A stretch of 63,575 bases of DNA, counting the filler, from Octopus bimaculoides (lineage: Eukaryota), in the NCBI RefSeq assembly GCF_001194135.2. It is 5 parts of 5 records of this genome, joined end to end, with 100 filler letters (N's around TTAATTAATTAA, not from the genome) between each part and the next. Parts side by side here need not be neighbours in the genome. Positions count along the whole stretch, not along the records: positions 1 to 30,969 come from NC_068983.1; positions 31,070 to 42,010 come from NW_026358797.1; 3 more parts are not named here. One strand, 5' to 3'. Made by a program: the position numbers and the translations under genes. Numbering within the stretch: position 1 is the first letter of the stretch; each line of letters opens with the position of its first letter. This document shows, in pieces, positions 25,931 through 39,792 of the stretch. The notes under the pieces are model-generated. The model saw nothing but the letters and a program-made list of their open reading frames with translations. It ran no database searches and was not told the DNA's origin.

Positions 25931-28900
25931 TATCTAGTGTGTAACCTACATCACTTGATAATATCAGTATCTGAAGCTCTGTTTTAAGTGATTCAGCTTC
26001 CCTCTCTGCCTTCATATTGTTAATCATGCTCTCTGCTCTTTTTCGATATACATAGAGTAAGCTCTCTGCTTTGCCTTCTCTTCATTCAGTGATTCCTTCA
26101 TAGCATTTCCATTCTCCTTTCTCTTTAGTGCCAATGAGGGGAAAGTACATATTTTCTTCATGCTATTCCAATTGTTATTTATTTGCTTCTTGAAAACCTC
26201 ACATTTTCAATCCTCGCATCACACACATGTAAGCATCTTACTTTAGTTCCACCTCACTGCACATATAAATGTTGCTATAATATTGTCCAAAAACTTAATA
26301 ATTATTTTATTACACATCATGATTGCATAGTTTGCTTAATTTACTTCATTTCTTTACCAATAATATGCCTTCTCTAACCATTTTGTCACTGTTATCCAGC
26401 CAGAAGAATTTGTACATGTTGTTCTTTGCTTATGAGGAGTCTGGCCAAGGCTCATATCATATTTGTGTGCATCCCCAACAACACAATCATTTTCATATTC
26501 ATATTTCTATGCTGGCATGGATTAGATATGATTTGTGAGGCAGTGTTTTAAGGTCGACTATCTTCCATAATGCCAACCATCTTAGTTGCTTCTTATGGCA
26601 TAGGATACAGTGAGCCTATTCTAAGAACAGGAATGTGCGTGCATGCTCACTCATGCATGCATGCATGCACGCATGCACACACACACACACGTTTAAAAGT
26701 ATGCTTTCAAATACTGCAGGAATGAGCTTCTATCTAATATTGAAGTTCACTTATTATGGCTTGCAACTGAAGATTGGTGTCTTTATATTGTTTAACGATA
26801 ATTCTCTCAGACACAATCTCTGCCTGTAATATTGCAGTCATGATGATATTTTTTCAAAACAACAGATAATTGTGCTAGCAGACTTGACCTTGACTCTGGC
26901 AACAAATAAACAAAAACGTGTACTGCTCAGCAACCACTATCCAAGTATAGGTGTCATCAGAAACTAGCAAAAGAGTGGAAATATGAAAATGACCACCTAC
27001 TTAAAGAATTCTACCTAATCAATGAAGCAAACATGATTGCTGTTAAACCAAGTTACTGGAATGTTTTAACTGCCTCAGGCATATCAAGATGTGTGAGCTA
27101 CAATCTTTAGCTATGTTATATGTGGAGACAGTTTTATTAAACAATATATATTTGTTATAGTGTTTTTGGTAGTGAATTGATTTTGAAAAACATAATTTTG
27201 ACTGATCAGAAAATACCATCCAGCAAATATTCTAGCTATATGATTTTAATTTGAAATTCATAAGATTTCAATTTACATATAAATGTGAATATTTTGTCAC
27301 AAATTTAATAAGATTTTACATGAATATCTCCAGTTTTCTACTTCTATTTATAGAGAATGTTTTCAATAAATCATCTCAGTATTTTTCTCTTGTATATATT
27401 TGATTATGTTCAACAACATGGTTTATGAATGAGGATAATTTTATACAAATTTCACATCTATAAGGTTTTAGCTGTGTTTTTCTAGTAATGATTAATGAAA
27501 TTGTGTCACAGTCGGAAACTCTAATGTCGAATAATAGCAAACAGATCTTTCTTCGGGGTGTATTTGTGGTTTACAAGATGGAACACAGAAAATGAAGAAT
27601 GATTTCCAATGTATTTCACAATGATAATTTTTTTCTCCAGTCTGCATTTAGCTGTGGATTACATGCGTAGTCTTATTTTGCACCGAGTGATTCTTCATAT
27701 ATTTAGCATCGATATAGTTTGTTTTTTTTCTATTGTATATTCATTTATCAACTACATGTTTATAGTTCACCAAGAAGGATTTCCAAATATTTTAGCAAAA
27801 AGCTGTACATCACTATGATTTTACATAGACTTCCATAAAGAATTAGAAAAATAACTATAGAAACTTTATTACTAATAAAAATACCAGCCAAAAATCAGCA
27901 CACATAGACAAATAAAATATCCTGAAATCTATCAGAGCTTGTCATTGATAAATTTGTCAGTTATGAAAATATTCTCATGATCATTTGTGACCTACTGCAA
28001 AGCACATGAACAACATTCTAATATTACCAACCACTACTTCATTCTAATGATAGGGTAATGACCTTCTTGAAATGTTAATGGACTAGTAACAGGTTTCGAA
28101 ATATATACATGTAAATAATACATAAAACACACCCGTATATATTTACACACATGTTTGTTAGCATGGGTTCTACATATAGATACACACACACACACCATCA
28201 TGCACATCATCATCATTACCATCATCATATTGTTTTATTCCAATTTTCATGCTGCTAGGTTGTCAGGGTCCAAATCATTTCTTAGTGGCAGTCACTACTC
28301 CCATAGACTGGTGCTCCTATGTGCCATTTGTCTTAGTTAGATATGCCTTTTGTCATCAACCACCTTACAGTGTGTACTGGTTACATTTACTGTTAACCTT
28401 GGCACTAACATTAGAGAGGTTTAATAGTTGTTGGCAAGACCAACTAAAGTGACCTCATACCCCCTATATTTTCTATACTTATTTTCCAACCACTCTACTA
28501 TAAATACTGGGTTCAGTTTTCATTATATCAGCACTAGAGAGGTAATCTCACTCACCAGTCACCTATAGGTGAAACATAGCTGACAGGGGTATTCTCTCAT
28601 GGCACCATCCAAGATGGGAAATGTCATATATACTATAAATGTAGAAGATACTCAGTAGTCTAAGGCGTTTAGCCCCAGGAGGGATATAGGAGAGAGAGCA
28701 ATATCATCAGAAGGACCAGTATAAGTGGGTGAGTAGAAAGAGCAAGAGTATGATGGAGATAGACAGGGCTACATGGAGTGGAGTTGAAAGGAGACTGATT
28801 AGCAATGGCAGAGGTGGACAAATGTGATGATGAATGATGAGATAAATGGCAAAAGTGAGTGCTTGATGACAATAGAGGGAGTTCAGAGGAGAGAGTGTGA

Positions 28901-30920
28901 GGGAAGGTAGAATATATTGACTTGGAGAATGAGGATGGTCTGATGCAGTCTTTTATACATAGGTTTAGTGAAAAGCTAAGATGTCAAAGTTACAACTCAG
29001 TGTTGGGTAGTGCATTTTGGTATTTATGATGGTCTGTTTATTCCATTTGATGGTGAGAATGAAAGCTATCTGATTTGTGAATTTAACAGATAAGTAAGAG
29101 ATAAGGTGGTTGACTATTTCTTGAATTGTGTGTTGCAAATTGTTAGATCAGTTGCATCACAAATCTTCTCCAGACTTAAACTTTCCACATTTTTCCATTC
29201 CATAGCCATATCTTCCATGATCCTCAGCAAAGCCATCATGGTATTGACCATCATGGCAGTCTTTCACTAACCACAATAATGAAGTTGCCTGTCTACATTG
29301 TTGAGGTAGTCTGCAGAAATGGATTTCTGTGATGCTTTGAAGTGTTGTGATTGCTGTATACATTGCAAAGTGGGGAATGTAGATACGAGAAACATTCTTT
29401 ACTCAAGTACTGGGGTATTTTTTTAAGGCCATTTCAAGGAACTTTCTGATACCACCTTGTCTTTTAAAATAGTGAACTAAATTGATTTTCAGTAGTAGCA
29501 TACAATTACAACATTCAAAAGTTGACCAGAAATTTAAAACAGAGTCTTTTATAGTTTTGTTAGAAAAATATATATAAAATCTAACAACTAAGTAACTGTT
29601 TCTGTTTGTTTTAGCCCTTCACACCTTATGGAGCATTGGCTATTGAGGACTTTTCTAGGGCTGTCTTCCCTGGAAGAGGGTCTTCCTATCTCAGTTCTTG
29701 TTGTTATTTCTGTAGCATTTGCTGTTTTTCTAGTTCGGAGTGTTGGCTCTATGCAAACCTATTTTTACTTTTAAGAAGAGGTAGCCCATATTTGTCTAGC
29801 CTTTACCCTTTAACTAGTCCAACATGAAAGAGTCCACCAGGAGCTTGCCCTTTGTTCATGTAGCTCTTAGGGTCATTGAGGCATATGAGCCACTACACTG
29901 TAACAAACACTAGACCTTGTAGTAGACAAAAATGATTGTGCATCCATTGTAAAAGCTGATGAAATAAATAAGGCTCATTCATGTTGTTATTTATTTCCTT
30001 CCTCATATTGCCACATTTCATTTCTCTAACTATGACTGTCTCTTATCTGAAAATGTGATAGTTTTATTGTACATTGTTTCCAGTACATTTTGAATTGTCA
30101 TCACACATTTACATCATTTAACAAGATACATGCAATTTTCTCCAATGTAACCTAGAGAATATTAATTCACTTAGAAATGTAGATTTCTGAAGGAAATTAA
30201 TGTCACTTTTAAGTTTTAATCCTTACTGTTATCTCTATTCACATTTTATTTCTAGCAATATTTTTCAATGTTCTTCATTTAGTATATTGTTTTGTTTTTT
30301 TTTTCTCTTTTCAGTCAAAAGTATATTTATATTGTTAATATCTTTTCTTCTTGGAAGTTCTCCTTTCATTAGAAAAATTCATGTCATAACCTTTTAACAG
30401 TGCTTTTAATACTTTTGTTCTGTTAATCTTTTATCTTAAATTATTACATATTGAAGAACTTTATAGATAATTAAAAGAAAAAAAAACCAGGAAATAAAAG
30501 GTTTTGGTGCACAACTGTTATTAAAAATACGTAGTTGTAAGAAAACGTGTGAATGTATGGATGCATGTGTGAATATATATATATACATATATATATACAT
30601 ACATATACATATATACATGTGGGTGTAAAAGTGAATGAGAAAGCACTTGGTAAATATTAATGAAGCTAAGTGCATGTATTACAAGTTGACTCAGCCCTGC
30701 ATTGCTTGAAGTTTCATAGCAATAGAATCACATTAGTGATGTGCTCTACTTGGTTTTACGTCATTGAAACTTCAGGTAATTAGGGGAATGAGTTAACGCA
30801 CACACACACACACACTAATGCATATGTATACAAGTGTACATGTTTTAGAAAGTGGTAATAAATGTCACTTGATAATTGCTTAGCATAAGCTAGGTATGAA
30901 ATTAGAAGTTGTGATGGATC

Positions 30921-30969
<49 letters not shown>

Positions 30970-31239
30970 NNNNNNNNNNNNNNNNNNNNNNNNNNNNNNN
31001 NNNNNNNNNNNNNTTAATTAATTAANNNNNNNNNNNNNNNNNNNNNNNNNNNNNNNNNNNNNNNNNNNNTATATGTATGTACGTATGTATGTATATATGT
31101 ATAGATAGATAGATAGATAGATATACACAGACACACATGCATATAAGCATATATACATAGATACATATAAATACATATATATGCATAATATATATGTGTA
31201 TGTGTGTGTGTGTGTGTATGTATGCATGTATGGGTATGG

Positions 31240-31610
31240 ATTTGGTAGACGAAAACTGAAAGATTCCCCTCATATATATGTATATATATATATGTGTCTA
31301 TGTGTGTGTGTGAGAGAGTAAGCATGTGTGTGTGTGCATGTGTGTGTTTCTGCGTGTGCGCATGCGTGCGTACATATATTTGCGTGCTTTTGTGTCTGTG
31401 TTTGTCTCTCCAATATCGCTTGAGGAATGGTGTTGTTGTGGTTACGTCCCCATAACCTTAGCGGTTCGTCAAAAGTCCCCGACAGAATAAATACCAAGCT
31501 GAAAAAAAAAAAAAAAAAAACAATAAATACTGCAGTGAATTCATCCAACTAAAAATTCTTCAAGGCGATGCTCCAACATGGCCGCAGTCTAATGACTGAA
31601 ACAAGTAAAT
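31240..31610 (+). mobile_element. SINE family A 3' part
   Basis: gatttggtagacgaaaactgaaag...aacatggccgcagtctaatgactgaaacaagta. Confidence 0.75.
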
Positions 31611-32692
31611 GGTAAAACAGAAATCTAACTGCAGGACGATTATGTAAAGACGAGGAATTTTTAATAAGGATTGTATCCAAGAAATGGTGGGTATATATAC
31701 TTTGGCGGTGGGTGCAGCGTATGAAGAATTATAAATAGCCAAAATGGTTAAGGTGGGAACAAAGAATGATGCTAAAAGAGAAAGAAATAAAAAGGGGGAA
31801 AATAGAAGGCAGAAAAATTTTAAAAAGTGCGGTTGGAATTGGTTAGCTAATCATTAGGGTTTTATCGAAAAAGAAAAGAAAAACTCCNNNNNNNNNNNNN
31901 NNNNNNNNNNNNNNNNNNNNNNNNNNNNNNNNNNNNNNNNNNNNNNNNNNNNNNNNNNNNNNNNNNNNNNNNNNNNNNNNNNNNNNNNNNNNNNNNNNNN
32001 NNNNNNNNNNNNNNNNNNNNNNNNNNNNNNNNNNNNNNNNNNNNNNNNNNNNNNNNNNNNNNNNNNNNNNNNNNNNNNNNNNNNNNNNNNNNNNNNNNNN
32101 NNNNNNNNNNNNNNNNNNNNNNNNNNNNNNNNNNNNNNNNNNNNNNNNNNNNNNNNNNNNNNNNNNNNNNNNNNNNNNNNNNNNNNNNNNNNNNNNNNNN
32201 NNNNNNNNNNNNNNNNNNNNNNNNNNNNNNNNNNNNNNNNNNNNNNNNNNNNNNNNNNNNNNNNNNNNNNNNNNNNNNNNNNNNNNNNNNNNNNNNNNNN
32301 NNNNNNNNNNNNNNNNNNNNNNNNNNNNNNNNNNNNNNNNNNNNNNNNNNNNNNNNNNNNNNNNNNNNNNNNNNNNNNNNNNNNNNNNNNNNNNNNNNNN
32401 NNNNNNNNNNNNNNNNNNNNNNNNNNNNNNNNNNNNNNNNNNNNNNNNNNNNNNNNNNNNNNNNNNNNNNNNNNNNNNNNNNNNNNNNNNNNNNNNNNNN
32501 NNNNNNNNNNNNNNNNNNNNNNNNNNNNNNNNNNNNNNNNNNNNNNNNNNNNNNNNNNNNNTGGATAGAAAGATAGATAGATAGATACATTTCTTTTATT
32601 AGCCACACAGGGCTCAACGAAGATAGGACAAATACAATGTAGAGCTTTTCTTTTTGGGAGGGGGAAGGAAGGAAAAAAAAAAAGAAAAGAAA

Positions 32693-32735
<43 letters not shown>

Positions 32736-33002
32736 CACCAATGCGTATACAAACATACATGCTAAGAGACACAGGCATATGTGTGTGTATGTAGGAATGC
32801 ATGGATGAAGGGATGGATGGATGGATGCATGTAAATCATGCCTACATACTAGTTTGAGCACATGTATTAACAAGCATTTCCATACATACATACATACATA
32901 CATACACACATATATACATACATATATAAGGATACATATACATATGTATATATATATAAATAGATATATATATATAAATAGCTATATATACATACATATC
33001 TA

Positions 33003-33039
<37 letters not shown>

Positions 33040-34940
33040 NNNNNNNNNNNNNNNNNNNNNNNNNNNNNNNNNNNNNNNNNNNNNNNNNNNNNNNNNNNNN
33101 NNNNNNNNNNNNNNNNNNNNNNNNNNNNNNNNNNNNNNNNNNNNNNNNNNNNNNNNNNNNNNNNNNNNNNNNNNNNNNNNNNNNNNNNNNNNNNNNNNNN
33201 NNNNNNNNNNNNNNNNNNNNNNNNNNNNNNNNNNNNNNNNNNNNNNNNNNNNNNNNNNNNNNNNNNNNNNNNNNNNNNNNNNNNNNNNNNNNNNNNNNNN
33301 NNNNNNNNNNNNNNNNNNNNNNNNNNNNNNNNNNNNNNNNNNNNNNNNNNNNNNNNNNNNNNNNNNNNNNNNNNNNNNNNNNNNNNNNNNNNNNNNNNNN
33401 NNNNNNNNNNNNNNNNNNNNNNNNNNNNNNNNNNNNNNNNNNNNNNNNNNNNNNNNNNNNNNNNNNNNNNNNNNNNNNNNNNNNNNNNNNNNNNNNNNNN
33501 NNNNNNNNNNNNNNNNNNNNNNNNNNNNNNNNNNNNNNNNNNNNNNNNNNNNNNNNNNNNNNNNNNNNNNNNNNNNNNNNNNNNNNNNNNNNNNNNNNNN
33601 NNNNNNNNNNNNNNNNNNNNNNNNNNNNNNNNNNNNNNNNNNNNNNNNNNNNNNNNNNNNNNNNNNNNNNNNNNNNNNNNNNNNNNNNNNNNNNNNNNNN
33701 NNNNNNNNNNNNNNNNNNNNNNNNNNNNNNNNNNNNNNNNNNNNNNNNNNNNNNNNNNNNNNNNNNNNNNNNNNNNNNNNNNNNNNNNNNNNNNNNNNNN
33801 NNNNNNNNNNNNNNNNNNNNNNNNNNNNNNNNNNNNNNNNNNNNNNNNNNNNNNNNNNNNNNNNNNNNNNNNNNNNNNNNNNNNNNNNNNNNNNNNNNNN
33901 NNNNNNNNNNNNNNNNNNNNNNNNNNNNNNNNNNNNNNNNNNNNNNNNNNNNNNNNNNNNNNNNNNNNNNNNNNNNNNNNNNNNNNNNNNNNNNNNNNNN
34001 NNNNNNNNNNNNNNNNNNNNNNNNNNNNNNNNNNNNNNATATATATATATATATATATATACATATATATGTATATATATATAAATCTAGATGTATATGT
34101 ATATAGATCTGTGTGTGCATATATGTATGTATGCTTGTATGCATGTGTGTATATCAAAGTATTTTTTAATGTGTATGTGTGTGTATGTGTGTGAGTGTGT
34201 GTGTGTGTATGTGTGTGAGTGTGTGTGTGTGTATGTGTGTGAGTGTGTGTGTGTAGTTAGATGCCGAGTTATACAATATTATATATGCTGGGTTACATAT
34301 GAATGTTCCACATAAAGTTATTTTAATAAATTCCAAATCATTAGCGCACCAATTCCAGCTATATCCCCTCCCACCCCCGTTTTCCTATTTTCCCTTTTTT
34401 TAAATTTTCCATTTCTTACAACATTACTTTTTTTTTTACCCCCTTCCTTTTAACAATTTATGTAAATCTTTCATAGCTTAACCCCACAACAAGCTGCAAC
34501 CAAGCCTTCTTAAAAACAATCCCTCTTAAAAATAGCTTCTCTTTATACGTATGACCTTGAATTCCATTTCCCGAATCTAAAAATTCCAGTACACTTATAC
34601 CTTGAAGTACTCTCAGACTTACATTCACATTCCCACACCACATTCACACTCACAAACACTCTCAGAAATACAAGCAAACACACACACACATTCACATACA
34701 CACGCAAGCACATAGACACTGACTCACACACACACACAGAGGCATGTTCATTCTTACCAAATTCTTCCCTTACGTCAATTCTGTATTCCCAACAGGATGG
34801 CCGAAAGCAATAGTCTCATCCACAATATCACGCACATACAAGTGCTCAATAAAATTCTGAAATGAGAAAATATAGAGTAAAATGGGTTTATATATATATA
34901 TATATATATATACATGAATATATATATNNNNNNNNNNNNN

Positions 34941-35910
34941 AAATGAAAATAGCCATGACATCTCATTTTAACAGATATATTTACCAAAGTTAAATAAAAG
35001 TATTTTGAAATATTTTAGAGTAAATTTATTCAATAAAGTCGCCATTATCTTCCCCACGGTCTCCAGACAACTTCGGAATCTCCTGCAACTCTTCTGGATG
35101 GTTTCCTTGTTTAAGTTGATGAATCCTGCTATAATCCTTGCCTTCAGTTCATCTTTGGTGTTACAAGGTGTTTTGTTGGTCTCTCACTCAACTGCGCCTC
35201 AGACAATAATCAAGGGCGTTGCAGTCTGCGGAGGTAGGTGGCCAGATGTTAGGGGTGATGTGGTCGCAGAAATCGCCTGACAGCCACGACTGGGTTCTCC
35301 TGCTTGTGTGGTATGGTGCAGGGTCCTGTTGCCAGGCAGGGTCTTCCAGCAGCCACCTTGTTGACCCAGCGCAGCCCTACCTTCTCCAAGCACTTGATGT
35401 AGGCCTCCGTGCTGTGTCTGAGGCCGTGTGGGAAGATGAATGGAGGCATAACGTCGCCATCACTAGTAATCACTCCAAACACCATGATGTCGACTGGATG
35501 TTTGATTTTTGTCACTCTCGGAGTTTGCTTTGAGGACACGGCAAACCAACGGTTGTTCTGTGTGTTCACCATCTGATCCTGGCAGAAATTTTTCTCGTCT
35601 GAGAAAAACCAAAGCATGTTCCGTTGGAGGGGATGTTTGAGTTTGTTCAAAAGCTTCGTAGCGCGCTCTTTCCTCTTGTCCTTGATGGCTTGGGATAAAA
35701 ATTAGACCTTTCTCAACTTGCACGAGGAATTCATGCACTACCTTCCTGATAAGAAACTCAGACACTCTCTTGTCCCTGATGATGGGCCTGATTGACTTGG
35801 AGGGATCGTTGTCAATTACGGCCTGGATCTCACTAAGAAATTCAGGATTTCTTTTCTTATCAGAACGATCAGAATAAGTTTTCCGAGCTGCCGTACCTTC
35901 ATAATCCCCA
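34941..35910 (-). mobile_element. Second maT/DD37D copy, 5'-truncated
   Basis: Homologous by eye to 62390-63355. WFFSDEKNF is present, and I counted 37 residues between the QQD and NALD aspartates. Confidence 0.85.
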
Positions 35911-35926
35911 TATATAGTGGGTATAT

Positions 35927-36150
35927 GGCTCGTCGAGATCTACGGATCTTCCAGGACGAGGTTCGTCTTCTAGGCTGTAGTTTCCGGCTCGGAATTTCTG
36001 GAACCACCGTTGACATTGGCTTACTCTTATTGTCCGATCCCCATATACTGCATTAATATTCCTCGCACTTTCCGTTGCTTTGTTGCCTTTATTGAACTCA
36101 TAAAGCAAAATATGCCGAATATGCTTCTTTATCACGTCCATGAAAGCTTT
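35927..36150 (-). mobile_element. Mariner transposase N-terminal HTH fragment
   Basis: HIRHILLYEFNKGNKATESARNINAVYG...QCQRWFQKFRAGNYSLEDEPRPGRS matches the Mos1-type N-terminus. Confidence 0.85.
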
Positions 36151-36460
36151 GAAAAATATAACTGTTAAAATCTTTACCTGCAAGAAATAGCAACTCGAAT
36201 GCTTTTAAATCAGATCCCAATGCTGGCTGTTCAAGAACCACATGAAGGGCCGATTTTAAATCCCGAGATCATCCTGATTCCAAAAGGGGATAATATGTCT
36301 ATGTGGAGCAAAAGTAGGCTGAGATACAGGGAGTCCCAGTCGGACAGGTAGAATTTCGCTTTTATTGTTATAGAAGTAGCCCTCCGTCTCGTCAGATCCT
36401 GTAAAACCGTCCAAAGCATGTCAGCAAGGAAGCTGGGCATCAAATGATAATGATCACACA

Positions 36461-36505
<45 letters not shown>

Positions 36506-36659
36506 ACATACACACACACACACATACACACACGCACGCACGCACGCACGCACACACATCAAACACTTTATTAATGGACATCCTTTTTTCCCCCGCTTAA
36601 ATCTATTTTCCATAAATAACGTTTGGTACTATTGTCACTAAACGACACACAAATATACG

Positions 36660-36706
<47 letters not shown>

Positions 36707-36849
36707 ACACACACACATTTTTACTAAAATAAGTACATATATACATACACAAATATATATATATAGACATTTACTTAAATATATACATATTACATACACA
36801 TACATACTTAAATACATACATACACACAGATATTCTTACATACCGGCTT

Positions 36850-37165
36850 TCCACCGGTTACGACGACGAGCGTTCCAGTTGATCCAATCAACGGAATAGA
36901 CTGCTCGTGAAATTCACGTATATGTGGCTGAGTACTCCACAGACACGCGTACCCCTTAACGTAGTTCTCAGGGATGTTCATCTGACACAGATTGTGACAA
37001 GGCTGATCTTTTGAAATACAGGAACAACTCATTTTTGCCAGCTGAGTGGACTGGAGCAATGTGAAATAAAGTGTCTTGCCCAAGGACACAACGCGTTGCT
37101 GGGAATCGAACTCGCGACTTGATGATCGTCAGCCGAATATTCTCAACCACTTAGTCACGCGCTGT
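36850..37165 (-). mobile_element. SINE family C (CORE-like) copy
   Basis: ttccagttgatccaatcaacgg...tgagtggactggagcaatgtgaaataaagtgtcttgcccaagg. Confidence 0.8.
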
Positions 37166-37237
37166 CACACATTCTTACTTACATATATGCATCCTTACAT
37201 AGTCAATAGCAGTTACAGCTTTTATATATTTATTTTT

Positions 37238-37420
37238 TTACTTGTTTCAGTCATTAGACTGCGGCCATGCTGGAGCACTGCCCTGAACGACCCGAGTAAT
37301 TAACATTTTGTTTAGCCTGGTACAAATTCTATCGGCCACTTTTGCCGAACCGCTAAGTTTCGGGGACGTAAACACACCAACACCGGTTTGAAGTGGTGCT
37401 GGGAACAAGCACAAAGACAC
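37238..37420 (-). mobile_element. SINE family A 3' part
   Basis: ttacttgtttcagtcattagactgcggccatgctggagcac... Confidence 0.75.
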
Positions 37421-37453
37421 TTACACACACAGAGACATATATATATATTATTT

Positions 37454-37579
37454 TCTGGGGAGAGTTATACTCTTTTAGTGCCTTATTATTTAGCACACCC
37501 ACCGGTTCGATTTCCACGCAAACGAACCGGTGAGTGTGGGAGATTATTAAGGCACTAAAAGAGAATGACTCTCCCCAGA
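37454..37579. mobile_element. Foldback MITE forming a ~56-bp imperfect hairpin
   Basis: The left arm tctggggagagttatactcttttagtgcctt...accggttcg is the near reverse complement of the right arm; the loop is ~13 nt. Confidence 0.8.
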
Positions 37580-37644
37580 TACAATACAATATACTTCAAC
37601 ACACAAATCCACATAAAGAATCTTGCAAACAAAATACAAAAACG

Positions 37645-37694
<50 letters not shown>

Positions 37695-39752
37695 ACAAAT
37701 ATATGAGCAAAAATTTAGATTCAGATGAATATGGTACTTAAGTTGAATTCATATAAATTCATACTTAGCTTATATAAAACTATACTGGTATATTCACTAC
37801 TTATAAAAAATACTGCTTAGATTATAATTTTACTAATATATAATTAGCATGTTCCTTTACCTCAATACTCCTTTATTAATACCAATATTTACCAATTAAT
37901 CAATATTCACAGATACCATCTGATGAGTTAGTATTTAAGTGTACAATATGTATAAATATTAAACTATTTCTGGATAATTTCTTTTCTTCCCTCTATTGTG
38001 GTAAAAGTTTGGTATATACTCAAAAGTATTCATAAATTTCTATCCTTTTGTTATAACATTCTTCTTAATAACCTTCTGAATAGCTCTAAACTGTATACAA
38101 TATAGCAACATTGTTTAAAATATTTAACTATAGTACTACATGATAAGACTTCCCCTGTTTCATTATCAATGGTCTGCTAGTGGCCGACCCCCTTCATTAC
38201 CAGCTAACATCTTGTTTTAAGTTTTCCTTTACGAAACCCCATGATATTGCTTCTAATAAATCTTGATTTTTATGACTATACCAACTATGATGTCTGCCTG
38301 CTCCCTTAGCCTTACACCTAACAAATACTGCCCTCTGTTCTTTCAGCCTTAGATATACAAAGGATTTGATAAACTAATCTATAAATTAAAACTGACCCCA
38401 TAAAAACAAAAAAATCAGTGACAGGCAGAGTCTATAACAATGTATATCTTCTTGAAAATTCAGTAACTTCTAGACTGGAGTGAGACAGCATGTTCTTTGT
38501 CTATCTCCTTAACTTCTTGGAAATTTTAGGTATAATTATACTAATGTGTCCATGTTCTAATTTAATTAAATTCTATGTCTTTGTGCAGCTGAAGATTGCT
38601 CTGCATTTTAAATTGATGTAATGATTGCATTGTTCAATTAAAAAGAGTTGCATGAAACGATCGTACTGCATTACCTTTGGATATCCTTGTTGCTTATGTG
38701 TATATATATATATATATATATAATTGTATATATATATATATATATANNNNNNNNNNNNNNNNNNNNNNNNNNNNNNNNNNNNNNNNNNNNNNNNNNNNNN
38801 NNNNNNNNNNNNNNNNNNNNNNNNNNNNNNNNNNNNNNNNNNNNNNNNNNNNNNNNNNNNNNNNNNNNNNNNNNNNNNNNNNNNNNNNNNNNNNNNNNNN
38901 NNNNNNNNNNNNNNNNNNNNNNNNNNNNNNNNNNNNNNNNNNNNNNNNNNNNNNNNNNNNNNNNNNNNNNNNNNNNNNNNNNNNNNNNNNNNNNNNNNNN
39001 NNNNNNNNNNNNNNNNNNNNNNNNNNNNNNNNNNNNNNNNNNNNNNNNNNNNNNNNNNNNNNNNNNNNNNNNNNNNNNNNNNNNNNNNNNNNNNNNNNNN
39101 NNNNNNNNNNNNNNNNNNNNNNNNNNNNNNNNNNNNNNNNNNNNNNNNNNNNNNNNNNNNNNNNNNNNNNNNNGGGAAGCTAGCTTCTTACCACACAGTC
39201 ACGCCTGCACCTGAAATTATTTTTCAAAGCAACCAAATTTTGATACGGTGGATATTGAAAGTATCAACAAAGCATGTATCTACTTTATGTGTTTATGTCA
39301 ACAACCTCCCCCCCCCCATCCTCTAATGATAATTGTTGTGGAAAGACAATCCCCTTCTCCTCTTCGAATCTAAGCTCACACATACATACATGCAAACAGA
39401 CCCACTAACTCATACATGCAAATGGACATGCAGAGAAACACACTGAATCATGGTTGAGCTGATGCGCACACACGCTCACACAGATACGAGTAGACGAGCC
39501 TATGCAGGAAGATTTTCACATTGTAACACACACGCGCGAGCGCCCGTTCATATGCACAGAGTGAGAAAGAGAGTGTGACAGAGAGAGGGAGAGACACACA
39601 CACACACACACAGATAGACAAAGAGGCAGTTGCAAACACACTGGTACACACACAGGCACACACACTCACATACACACACATGCACACAGGTGTACTAGTG
39701 TGTTTGTATCTATCTGTCTATCTATCTACCTATCGATTTATCTCTCTCACTG

Positions 39753-39792
<40 letters not shown>

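Larger units (their letters stand above)
24105..29400 (-). mobile_element. Old RTE-clade LINE fragmented by later insertions (pieces at ~28950-29380 APE, ~25950-26200 and ~25270-25600 RT, ~24105-24760 RT C-terminus and 3' tail)
   Basis: Degenerate motifs GQYHDGFAEDHGRYGYG / CDATDLTICNTQFKK, YFRCIKLMDHIMKVSERLIAQLIRKRI and GFSLKAKG, collinear on the minus strand. Confidence 0.55.

Noticed and set aside
38589-38611. Possible terminal exon (x-EDCSAF-stop) after tttgtgCAG
   Set aside because: Only an acceptor-like signal, with no recognisable peptide and no clear polyadenylation signal.
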